This document shows positions 7,825-15,711 of a stretch of 32,000 bases of DNA, in pieces; position 1 is the stretch's first letter; each line of letters begins with the position of its first letter. The notes below the pieces were generated by a model. The model ran no database searches and was not told where the DNA came from. It was given only the letters and a program-made list of their open reading frames with translations. The DNA comes from Longivirga aurantiaca. GTDB taxonomy: Bacteria > Actinomycetota > Actinomycetes > S36-B12 > CAIYMF01. The DNA lies in NCBI RefSeq assembly GCF_042660085.1, contig NZ_JBHSTI010000058.1:1-32000 (forward strand), in the 5' to 3' direction. The position numbers and the translations under genes were made by a program.

Positions 7825-8718
7825 ATGGGTGAGGTTGTCGGAGCGGGGCTGCTGTCCCACGTGCCCACGATCATGGCTCCGCTCGAGGAGCGGCTCGCGC
7901 TCAACGGCGGCAAGGAGATCTCGCTCGTCCCCGCCCTGCACCGGCTGCGCGCGGAGAAGTTCGAGCAGCTCGACTACGACACCGTGATCGTCCTCGACTC
8001 GCACTGGTTCACCACGGTCGAGTTCATCGTGACCTCGCAGGACCTCCGCGCAGGCCTGTTCACGGCCGAGGAGCTCCCGCGCGGAATGTGCCGCATCCCG
8101 TACGAGTGGAAGGGCGACCGCGAGCTCGCCGAGGCGATCGCGGCCGAGGGCGAGCCGGCCGGCACCTGGATCACCGCGATCGACGACCCGTACCTCCCGC
8201 TGTACTACCCGTCGATCAACCTCTGGTCGTACCTCGGCAAGGGCATGGACAAGCAGTGGATCTCGATCTCGGTCTGCCAGACCGGTGAGACCGACGACTT
8301 CCTGCGCGTCGGGCGCGCCATCCGCGCCGCGATTGAGAAGACCGACCGCAAGGTGATCATCATCGCGACCGGCTCGATGTCGCACACGTTCTACAAGCTC
8401 AAGGAGCTGCGCAAGCACGAGAGCAGCGACCCGTCGCACATCATCACCCAGAAGGCGCGCGACATGGATCACGAGCGCCTCGAGTGGTTCTTCGAGGGCC
8501 GTCACGACCGCGTCCTCGAGACGATGCCGGAGTTCCTCGCCGTGCGCCCGGAGGGCATGTTCGCCCACTACCTCATGATGGCTGCGGCGCTCGGTGAGGA
8601 CGACTTCAGCGCACCCGGGGTCCAGTACGGCGACTACGAGAACGCCATCGGCACCAGCCAGGTCCACGTGTGGTTCGACCGGCCCGAGGCCGGCTGGACC
8701 GCGCCCCGAACCACCTGA
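7825..8718 (+). CDS. Class III (LigB-type) extradiol ring-cleavage dioxygenase, 3,4-dihydroxyphenylacetate 2,3-dioxygenase-like (HpaD-like)
   Basis: 297 aa 'GAGLLSHVPTIM...DTVIVLDSHWFTTVEFIV...IIATGSMSHTFYKL'; starts 2 nt after the ALDH stop, so likely cotranscribed. Confidence 0.82.
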   Translation: MGEVVGAGLLSHVPTIMAPLEERLALNGGKEISLVPALHRLRAEKFEQLDYDTVIVLDSHWFTTVEFIVTSQDLRAGLFTAEELPRGMCRIPYEWKGDRELAEAIAAEGEPAGTWITAIDDPYLPLYYPSINLWSYLGKGMDKQWISISVCQTGETDDFLRVGRAIRAAIEKTDRKVIIIATGSMSHTFYKLKELRKHESSDPSHIITQKARDMDHERLEWFFEGRHDRVLETMPEFLAVRPEGMFAHYLMMAAALGEDDFSAPGVQYGDYENAIGTSQVHVWFDRPEAGWTAPRTT

Positions 8719-8732
8719 CCGACGTACGACGC

Positions 8733-8759
8733 GACGGCGCCCTCACCGGGGGCGCCGTC
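8733..8759. terminator. GC-rich hairpin between dioxygenase and FAH-family genes (possible terminator or attenuating structure)
   Basis: Perfect 10-bp arms GACGGCGCCC / GGGCGCCGTC, 7-nt loop, no U-tract. Confidence 0.4.
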
Positions 8760-8809
8760 CGTGCATCCCGACGCACCACCCGCGCTGCCTGAGAACCCTG
8801 GGAGAGAAC

Positions 8810-9685
8810 GTGACCGAGTACCGCCGGATCCTGCTCGAGGGCAGCGCCGTCCAGGTCGTGCGCCACGGCGACACGCTCGTCGCCGCCGACGGCCGCGAGG
8901 TGGGGGTCGAGGATGCGATCCACCTGCCGCCGTCGGAGCCGACGAAGATCATCGCGGTGCACCTGAACTACGACAGCCGCACGCAGGAGTTCATGACCAA
9001 GCTGCCGCCGGCGCCGACGTACTTCCACAAGCCGATCACGGCGATCAACAGCCACAAGGGCGCCGTCGTGCGGCCCGAGGGCTGCCGCTGGCTCAACTAC
9101 GAGGGCGAGATCGTCATCGTCATCGGGCGCACCTGCCGCAACGTGTCGCCGGCCGAGGCGGGCGACTACATCGCCGGCTACACCGTCGGCAACGACTACG
9201 GCCTGCACGACTTCCGCGACACCGACGCAGGCTCGATGCTGCGCGTGAAGGGGTCCGACACCCTCGCGCCGGTGGGCCCGGGCCTCGTCACCGACTGGGA
9301 CTTCCGCGGCAAGCAGATCCGCACCCTCGTCAACGGCGCCGTCGTCCAGGACGACACGACCGACGGCATGGAGTGGGACATGAACTACCTCGTCGCCGAC
9401 CTCGCCCGCACGATCACGCTCGTGCCCGGCGATCTCATCTACTCCGGTACGCCGGCCAACTCGCGACCGGTCGTCCCCGGCGACGTCGTCGAGGTGGAGG
9501 TGGAGGGCCTCGGGAGGCTCACGAACCACATCGTCACCGGCCCGACCCCGATCCGCACCGACGTCGGCGCGCAGCCGACCGAGAGCGAGGAGGTCGTCTC
9601 CACGGCCCTCGGCGGCGACTGGGAGTTCCGCGGCATCCGCACCCCGTCCAAGGACCTCTACCCGAGCACCGTCCAGGAGAAGTAG
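8810..9685 (+). CDS. Fumarylacetoacetate hydrolase family protein, HpaG-like decarboxylase/isomerase
   Basis: GTG start 'VTEYRRILLEG...IIAVHLNYDSRTQEF...PTYFHKPITAINSHKGAVVRP...NYEGEIVIVIGRTCRNVSPAEAGDYIAGYTVGNDYGLHDFR...GDLIYSGTP'. Confidence 0.87.
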   Translation: MTEYRRILLEGSAVQVVRHGDTLVAADGREVGVEDAIHLPPSEPTKIIAVHLNYDSRTQEFMTKLPPAPTYFHKPITAINSHKGAVVRPEGCRWLNYEGEIVIVIGRTCRNVSPAEAGDYIAGYTVGNDYGLHDFRDTDAGSMLRVKGSDTLAPVGPGLVTDWDFRGKQIRTLVNGAVVQDDTTDGMEWDMNYLVADLARTITLVPGDLIYSGTPANSRPVVPGDVVEVEVEGLGRLTNHIVTGPTPIRTDVGAQPTESEEVVSTALGGDWEFRGIRTPSKDLYPSTVQEK

Positions 9686-9708
9686 CCCCCGCAGCCCGCT
9701 GAAGGACG

Positions 9709-9770
9709 CGAGTTACTGCCCAAATGCACGCTGAACGACGCCGCTCAACGAGCATTTGGGCAGTAACTCG
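9709..9770. repeat. Intergenic 19-bp perfect inverted repeat with 24-nt loop
   Basis: CGAGTTACTGCCCAAATGC (9709-9727) and GCATTTGGGCAGTAACTCG (9752-9770). Confidence 0.9.
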
Positions 9771-9791
9771 AGGAAGAAGGGGTAGGGCGGG

Positions 9792-10727
9792 ATGGCGGAC
9801 GTGCGGTGGCTCATGGTGCTCACCGAGAACGAGGCGATCCTCGACCCGCGCGACCTCGGGGCGCTGGTCGACCTCGCGGCGACCGCCGGGGCGAACGGCG
9901 TCGACGGCGTCCAGGTCTCCGAGCACGTCGTGCTCGGGCGCGACTCAGGTGCTGCAGGCGAGATGCACAACCCGCGCGACTACGCCGCGCCCGGCAACCA
10001 GTCGCCGACGTACCCCTGGCCCAGCAGCATCGTGCTCATGTCGGCCATCGCGCAGGCGACGTCCAGCCTGCGCCTGGTCGCCGGCGCGATCATCGCCCCG
10101 CTGCGCCACCCGCTGCTGCTGGCCAAGGAGCTCGGCACCCTCGACCTGCTCTCCGAGGGGCGCCTCGTCGTGCTGCCGACGGTGAGCTGGTCGAAGGACG
10201 AGTACGCCGCCCTCGGGGTGCCCTTCGCCGAGCGCGGCCGGATCCTCGACGAGCAGCTCGAGGTGCTCGCGAAGTCGTGGGGCCCGTTCCCGATCAGCCA
10301 CGACGGACCGCGGTTCCCGTTCACCGACGTCTGGCTGGAGCCGGGCGCCCACTCGTCGGCGGGCCCGCCGTTCTGGTTCGGCGGCCAGGGGATGCCGCCG
10401 CACGTCGTACGCCGCATCGCGCGCTACGGCAGCGGCCTCAACCCCTTCGGCCGTCTCACCGACGCCGACATGGCAGCGCTCGCGACGGGTATGCGCGAGG
10501 TCGGACGCGACATCGCCGAGCTCGAGCTCGTCGGCGGCATCCAGGGCGCGTTCACCGGGCCGGACGACGTCGCCGACGTCGACGTCGCGCTCGCCGACCT
10601 GCCCCGCCAGCTCGAGCAGGGCTTCACCACGATCTGCTTCAAGCCGTCGATGTTCGTCCGCAGCGTCGACGAGGTGCCTGCGCTCTGCCGCCACCTCGTC
10701 GCCGAGGGCGCCCGCCTCACGGCCTGA
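9792..10727 (+). CDS. Luciferase-like (LLM class, possibly F420-dependent) oxidoreductase
   Basis: 311 aa TIM-barrel-like 'GVDGVQVSEHVVLG...LRLVAGAIIAPLRHPLLLAKELGTLDLLSEGRLVVLPTVSWSKDEYAALGVPFAERGRILDEQLEVL...FWFGGQG'. Confidence 0.85.
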   Translation: MADVRWLMVLTENEAILDPRDLGALVDLAATAGANGVDGVQVSEHVVLGRDSGAAGEMHNPRDYAAPGNQSPTYPWPSSIVLMSAIAQATSSLRLVAGAIIAPLRHPLLLAKELGTLDLLSEGRLVVLPTVSWSKDEYAALGVPFAERGRILDEQLEVLAKSWGPFPISHDGPRFPFTDVWLEPGAHSSAGPPFWFGGQGMPPHVVRRIARYGSGLNPFGRLTDADMAALATGMREVGRDIAELELVGGIQGAFTGPDDVADVDVALADLPRQLEQGFTTICFKPSMFVRSVDEVPALCRHLVAEGARLTA

Positions 10728-10763
10728 CGGCGACGGTCGATCGGGGCGCGTGAGGCTCGCCGC

Positions 10764-13400
10764 TCAGCCGGTGTTCTGCAGCCCGGCGGCCGAAGCGTTC
10801 ACCGCGAGCAGGAGCACGCTGCGCCACGGCGTGCTCTCGCCGTCGGTCCGCACATGTGTCAGGGCGCGCAGCTCCAGCCGCGACAGAGCGTCGACGAAGG
10901 GCGCCCGAGCGGTCACGGTCGCGGCCAGGACCCGCTTGCGCTCCAGCAGCTCGGACTGCCCCATCACGTCGAGCACCAGGGAACGGGTGAGGTCCATCTC
11001 GGCCAGGATCTGCTCGGTGATGTCGCTGCGACCTCCGAGGCTGAGGAACAGCGAGGCGAGCATGCGGTTGCTCTTCGCCAGGCTCATCTCGGCGACGTCG
11101 AGCAGCGCGGCCATCAGCGGCCACTCACGGTAGGCGCGCTGCAGGAGCTCGATGTCCCCCACAGCCGACAGGCCCGACCCGATGCCGTACCAGCCCGGAA
11201 GGTTCGCCCGCGTCTGGCTCCAGGCGAAGACCCACGGGATGGCCCGCAGGTCCGACAGCGACCGACCGGACTCGGCGCCGCTGCGCCGCACGGGGCGGGA
11301 TCCGAGCCGCAGCTCGCCGATCTCCTCCAGCGGGCTGGCGTCGGCCAGGACGTCGGCGAAGCCGGGAGTCTCGACCAGCCGTCGGTACTCCTCGCGGGAC
11401 GCCCGCTCCACCGTGGCAGCGAGGTCGGCGTACCGCTGGGCGGCCGAGGCGTTGCGCTCGGCCACGGCGGCGGTGTCCGCCAGCAGCACCGCCGTCGTCA
11501 TCCGCTCGAGGTGGCGCTGGGCCACCGTCGTGTCCCCGTAGCGGGCGAAGATCACCTCGCCCTGCTCGGTGACCTTCAGCCGGCCGTCGACCGACCCCGG
11601 GGGCTGCGCCGTCACCGCGCGGTGGAGCGGCCCGCCGCCGCGTCCCAGCGAGCCGCCCCGACCGTGGAACAGCGTCAGCCCGACCGCATGGCGCCCTGCC
11701 CACGCCACCAGTCGGCTCTGCGCCTCGGACAGCGCGATCGTCGCCGCAGCAGGTCCGACATCCTTGGCGGAGTCGGAGTAGCCGAGCATGACCTCGACGG
11801 CTCGACCGGTGCCGGCGAGCCAGTCCTGGGTCGATCGGAGCGGCAGCCACCCGTCGAGGACCGCGGTGGCCCCGTGCAGGTCCTCACCGGTCTCGAACAG
11901 CGGGACGACGTCGAGCCGCAACGGACGGTCGCCCACCGCGAGCCGCGCCAGCGCGCGCACCGCGACCAGGTGCGCCGACGTCTGGCTGAACGAGACGACG
12001 TACCGGCCGCATGACCGCTGACCCCACCGGCTCTGCAGCCACTCCAGCACGCGCAGCGTGTCGAGCACCTCGGCCGCACGGTCCGAGCGGGCCACGACGC
12101 CCTCCGGCCAGCCGTCGGTGGCCAGCCCGTCGAGGAACGCCTCGTCGTCCGCCGCGGCCGCGGCGTCGTGCACGCCAGGCAGCTGGCCGATGAGCTCGAT
12201 GAGGGCCTCTCGGTGGATCGCCGAGTGCTGCCGCACCTCGAGCTCGGCCAGGTGGAAGCCGAACGTCTCCACGACCCAGATGACGTGCTGCAGCTCCCCG
12301 TTCGCGGCCCGCGCGGCACCCGCCTGCTGCAGCGACTCCTGCACGAGCCGCAGGTCGTCGAGCAGCTGCTCGGGGCCGGTGTAGGAGTGCTCGGTGAGGC
12401 CGGCGCGGGTGGCACGGATGCGCTCGGCCATGACGAGGAGCTTCTGACGGTGGGGCTCCCCAGGGCTGGCCAGCCGGATCTGCGACATGCGGTCGGGCAT
12501 GCCCACCGCGTCCCGTGCCAGCGACTCCTGCAGCGCCCGGGAGGGCGCGGTGTCCGACTCGTCCTCGGTCAGGGTGCGTCCCACGCGTTCCACCGCGTCG
12601 AGCAGGGCCGCGAGCGCGTGCTCCGCCTGCAGCGCCATCGCCTGACGGGTGACATCGGCGGTCACGTAGGGGTTGCCGTCGCGGTCGCCACCGACCCAGG
12701 ACCCGAACCGGACGAAGGCCGGGACCGGTGTCGGGATGGCGCCGCTGCGCTCGCCCACCAGCGCCACCTCCGTCGCGCGGTACAGCCGCGGAACGGCGCG
12801 GACGAGCGTCTGGTCGAACACCGTGAGGACCGTGCGGACCTCGTCCAACGGGCCGGGCCGTGTCGTGCGCAAGGAGGACGTCCGCTGCAGCGTCTCGATC
12901 TCCTCGAGCAGGCGACGTCGGGCCACCCATCGCTCGGCCGCACCCACGCGTGGGTCGTCGTGCCGTGCCAGCTGGTCCGCCACCCGCCGCACCGCCGTCG
13001 CGACTGCACGGCGTCGTGCCTCCGTCGGGTGGGCGGTGAGGACGGGGTGGATGCGCAGACGGCCCAGGACCTCCTGCGTGCCCTCCGCCGTCGCCGACAC
13101 GACGGCGGGCCACAGCTCGTCGCCGAAGTCGGCGTCAGGCGCCGCCGGCTGCTCGTGCTGGATGGCGCGGGCACGCTCGCGCTCGTCGGCCAGGTTGGAC
13201 AGGTGCAGGCGCACCGCGAGCGCGCGGGCGAGACTGCCGGAATCCTCCGGCCCGAGCGCGTCGATGGCGGTCTCCGCCGCCGCGGGGTCCGCGGTGATCT
13301 GCTCGAGAAGCAGGGCGATGTCCGCGGCGCCGGACTCGCGCAGGACCTGGTCGTGTAGCGTCGACAGCAGGTGCAGGTCGGCTGCCAGCAGCTCGGCCAC
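10764..13400 (-). CDS. ppc: Phosphoenolpyruvate carboxylase
   Basis: 878 aa with 'VLTAHPTEARRRAVATAVRRVADQL', 'GSWVGGDRDGNPYVTADVTRQ', 'VMLGYSDSAKDVG', 'LTLFHGRGGSLGRGGGPLHRAV', 'WSQTRANLPGWYGIGSGLS'. Start probably GTG. Confidence 0.96.
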   Translation of the reverse strand: MAELLAADLHLLSTLHDQVLRESGAADIALLLEQITADPAAAETAIDALGPEDSGSLARALAVRLHLSNLADERERARAIQHEQPAAPDADFGDELWPAVVSATAEGTQEVLGRLRIHPVLTAHPTEARRRAVATAVRRVADQLARHDDPRVGAAERWVARRRLLEEIETLQRTSSLRTTRPGPLDEVRTVLTVFDQTLVRAVPRLYRATEVALVGERSGAIPTPVPAFVRFGSWVGGDRDGNPYVTADVTRQAMALQAEHALAALLDAVERVGRTLTEDESDTAPSRALQESLARDAVGMPDRMSQIRLASPGEPHRQKLLVMAERIRATRAGLTEHSYTGPEQLLDDLRLVQESLQQAGAARAANGELQHVIWVVETFGFHLAELEVRQHSAIHREALIELIGQLPGVHDAAAAADDEAFLDGLATDGWPEGVVARSDRAAEVLDTLRVLEWLQSRWGQRSCGRYVVSFSQTSAHLVAVRALARLAVGDRPLRLDVVPLFETGEDLHGATAVLDGWLPLRSTQDWLAGTGRAVEVMLGYSDSAKDVGPAAATIALSEAQSRLVAWAGRHAVGLTLFHGRGGSLGRGGGPLHRAVTAQPPGSVDGRLKVTEQGEVIFARYGDTTVAQRHLERMTTAVLLADTAAVAERNASAAQRYADLAATVERASREEYRRLVETPGFADVLADASPLEEIGELRLGSRPVRRSGAESGRSLSDLRAIPWVFAWSQTRANLPGWYGIGSGLSAVGDIELLQRAYREWPLMAALLDVAEMSLAKSNRMLASLFLSLGGRSDITEQILAEMDLTRSLVLDVMGQSELLERKRVLAATVTARAPFVDALSRLELRALTHVRTDGESTPWRSVLLLAVNASAAGLQNTG

Positions 13401-13504
13401 CTCGGTCCTCCCACGGTCCGGATCGAGCGAAGCAAGTTTCCGGTATCACCCTACGTGAGTCAGAGTCAGGGCATGGTCGTATCCGATGCCGTCGTGACGG
13501 ACGG

Positions 13505-13540
13505 CACGAGGCCCCGGACCGTGCGGTCCGGGGCCTCGTG
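13505..13540. terminator. Strong hairpin terminator of the APC permease transcription unit
   Basis: Perfect 16-bp arms CACGAGGCCCCGGACC / GGTCCGGGGCCTCGTG with 4-nt loop, 13 nt beyond the permease stop. Confidence 0.8.
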
Positions 13541-13553
13541 GGTGCGCTGGCGA

Positions 13554-15080
13554 TCAGCTGACGAGGTCGGCGATCGCGTCCTCGTTCTCGTCCGTCAGGC
13601 GGAGCTTGCCCACCAGCAGGCCGAGGGCGAACATCGCGAACGGCGTCAGCACGAGGATCCAGCCGGTGGCGTTGAGGCCCCACGGCGTCACGGTCGGGTC
13701 GACCCCCTCCGCGACCGTGCCCGCGAGCAGGCCGAAGCGCGAGGCCAGCAGCCACATGCCCACGGTCAGGCCGATGATCGAGAGCAGCGGAGCGATGACC
13801 GATGCCCACACCCCGACGTCTCCACGATGGCGGGAGAAGAACGCCACGACCGCGAGCGACACGAGGATCTCGACGAAGACGATGGCGAGCACCGCAAGGC
13901 CGGAGAACCAGTAGAAGAGGTTGAGGATCGGGTCGAGAGCAGCCACCCAGAAGATGACGATCACGACCAGGGAGATCACCGAGGTGACCAGGGTGCCGGC
14001 CCAGGGGGCGCCGCGGCCGTTCACACGGTCGAGCGAGGTCGGCAGAACACCGGAGCGGCCCATGGCGTAGAAGTAGCGCGCGGCGGAGTTCTGGAACGCC
14101 AGCAGGCCCGCGAACAGCGACGAGATGACCAGCCAGCTCATGAGGTCGACGATCCAGGTGCCGACGTACTGCTCGGCCACCGCGAACAGGACGCCTGCCG
14201 GATTGGCGAGCGGCACGCCCTCGACCGTGGAGAGCTCGACGGTCCGGTCGATCACGGTCGAGGCCCCGAGGCCGGTGACGACGGCGAACGCGGTGAAGCC
14301 GAACACGATGGTGATGGTGATGACCGCCAGGTACGTCGCCCGCGGCACCGTGCGGTGCGGGTCCTTGGCCTCCTCGCCGTAGATGGCGGTGGCCTCGAAG
14401 CCGATGTAGGAGGCGAAGGCGAAGGCGAGCGCGATGCCCGCGGTGCTCGCAAGCCCTCCGGCGAAGATGTTGGCCGGCGCGAACGAGGCGCCGAGGTCGA
14501 TGCCCTCGGGCTTGTCGGAGGAGAAGAAGACGGCGAAGCCGGTGACGACCAGCGACAGGAGCTCGAGGGACATCAGGACGCCGAGGAGCTTGGCACCGAC
14601 GTCGACCGAGAGTGCTGAGAGGCCGAGCACGAGGGCCCAGGCGATGAGCGTCCAGGCGTACCACGGCAGGTCGATGCCGAACTTCGCCTTCATCTCGCCT
14701 GACACCAGGCCGCCGAAGAACCCGAAGATCGCGAGCTGGACGGCGAGATATGCGACCAGCGACACGAACGCCGAGCCGACGCCGGGGATGATCCCGAGGC
14801 CCCGCCCGACGTAGGCGAAGAAGGCCCCGACGTTGGTCACGCGGCTCGCCATAGCGGCGTAGCCGACGCTGAACAGCAGCAGGACGAGGCCGACGACGAC
14901 GTAGGCGCCGGGGGCCGCGGCACCGTTGCCGAGGACGATGGCGACCGGGACGGCGCCGGTCATGCCGACGAGCGGTGCGGCTGCGGCGACGACGAAGAAC
15001 ACGATGCCGAGGACGCCGAGGCGTCCGTGGTGCAGCGCGGTCTCCGGGGTCTCCTGCGGCGGGGGCTGGAGCTGGGTCAT
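13554..15080 (-). CDS. APC superfamily amino acid/amine permease
   Basis: 508 aa multi-TM 'LGVLGIVFFVVAAAAPLVGMTGAVPVAIVLGNG...GLALAFAFASYIGFEATAIYGEEAKDPHRTVPRATY'. Confidence 0.9.
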   Translation of the reverse strand: MTQLQPPPQETPETALHHGRLGVLGIVFFVVAAAAPLVGMTGAVPVAIVLGNGAAAPGAYVVVGLVLLLFSVGYAAMASRVTNVGAFFAYVGRGLGIIPGVGSAFVSLVAYLAVQLAIFGFFGGLVSGEMKAKFGIDLPWYAWTLIAWALVLGLSALSVDVGAKLLGVLMSLELLSLVVTGFAVFFSSDKPEGIDLGASFAPANIFAGGLASTAGIALAFAFASYIGFEATAIYGEEAKDPHRTVPRATYLAVITITIVFGFTAFAVVTGLGASTVIDRTVELSTVEGVPLANPAGVLFAVAEQYVGTWIVDLMSWLVISSLFAGLLAFQNSAARYFYAMGRSGVLPTSLDRVNGRGAPWAGTLVTSVISLVVIVIFWVAALDPILNLFYWFSGLAVLAIVFVEILVSLAVVAFFSRHRGDVGVWASVIAPLLSIIGLTVGMWLLASRFGLLAGTVAEGVDPTVTPWGLNATGWILVLTPFAMFALGLLVGKLRLTDENEDAIADLVS

Positions 15081-15123
15081 GGCTCTCCTCGTGGCGCCGG
15101 GACTCGGCGAGGTCGGCGGATCC

Positions 15124-15137
15124 GTTCGGATCCGAAT
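15124..15137. promoter_or_regulatory. Operator-like site GTTCGGATCCGAAT upstream of the permease
   Basis: Fifth member of the 14-bp motif family. Confidence 0.6.
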
Positions 15138-15193
15138 GACTGCGCAAGAGTGGCGCGTGCCACAGCCCGAGTCAAGGGTTTCGGGGCGATTTT

Positions 15194-15207
15194 GTCCGGG
15201 TGCGAAC
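15194..15207. promoter_or_regulatory. Second operator-like site GTCCGGGTGCGAAC upstream of the permease
   Basis: Sixth member; CGAACGACTCTCGT (15203-15216) is identical to 4779-4792 upstream of the MarR gene. Confidence 0.5.
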
Positions 15208-15310
15208 GACTCTCGTCAGCACGGGTGGGCAGAGTGCGCAATGCAGCCTGCGGCGACGTGCGGAGAGTGACCGAACGTGGTCAGTCGTGCGCGGAGCGGA
15301 ACCGGATGGC

Positions 15311-15637
15311 TCAGGTGCGGCGGGGCGCGTCTGCAGAGGCGAAGAGCGCGAGCAGCTCGCCGACCTCGTGGTCGGCCTCGGCCGGGTGCCGGAACCGCCC
15401 CGCCGGGTGCAGCTCGTAGGTGTTGCGGCGTCCGACCCGGGTGCGGGTCACGAAGCCGGCCTCCTCGAGGTCGCGCACGATCGCCTGGGCGGCGCGCTCG
15501 GTGATCTGGGCGGCGTCGGCGAGGTCGCGCAGCCGTGCGTCGGGGTCGCGCGCGATGAGCAGCAGGACGCGCGCGTGGTTGGTGAGCAGGGTCCAGGAGC
15601 GGGTCGGCGACTCGGAGGGCGGCTGCACGGCGCCCAT
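15311..15637 (-). CDS. Small winged-HTH (MarR/ArsR-like) transcriptional regulator
   Basis: 'SWTLLTNHARVLLLIARDPDARLRDLADAAQITERAAQAIVRDLEEAGFVTRTRVGRRNTYELHPAGRFRHP'. Start chosen at ATG 15637, giving a divergent promoter with the Dab gene; the longer form starts at 15691. Confidence 0.8.
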   Translation of the reverse strand: MGAVQPPSESPTRSWTLLTNHARVLLLIARDPDARLRDLADAAQITERAAQAIVRDLEEAGFVTRTRVGRRNTYELHPAGRFRHPAEADHEVGELLALFASADAPRRT

Positions 15638-15676
15638 TGTGGTCCGTCCATGGGCCACGGCGGAACCGCGACTCGC

Positions 15677-15704
15677 TAGACAGGAAGTCAACTTCCTGTA
15701 TTAT
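15677..15704 (+). promoter_or_regulatory. Putative promoter (TAGACA-16-TATTAT) with embedded operator ACAGGAAGT-CA-ACTTCCTGT
   Basis: Palindrome with 9-bp arms at 15680-15699 between -35-like 15677-15682 and -10-like 15699-15704; the start codon ATG is at 15712, only 7 nt after the -10. Confidence 0.65.
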
Positions 15705-15711
15705 TCTTCGC

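Noticed and set aside
10854-13358. Two long plus-strand ORFs (386 and 396 aa) antisense to ppc
   Set aside because: Antisense shadows of a conserved PEP carboxylase.
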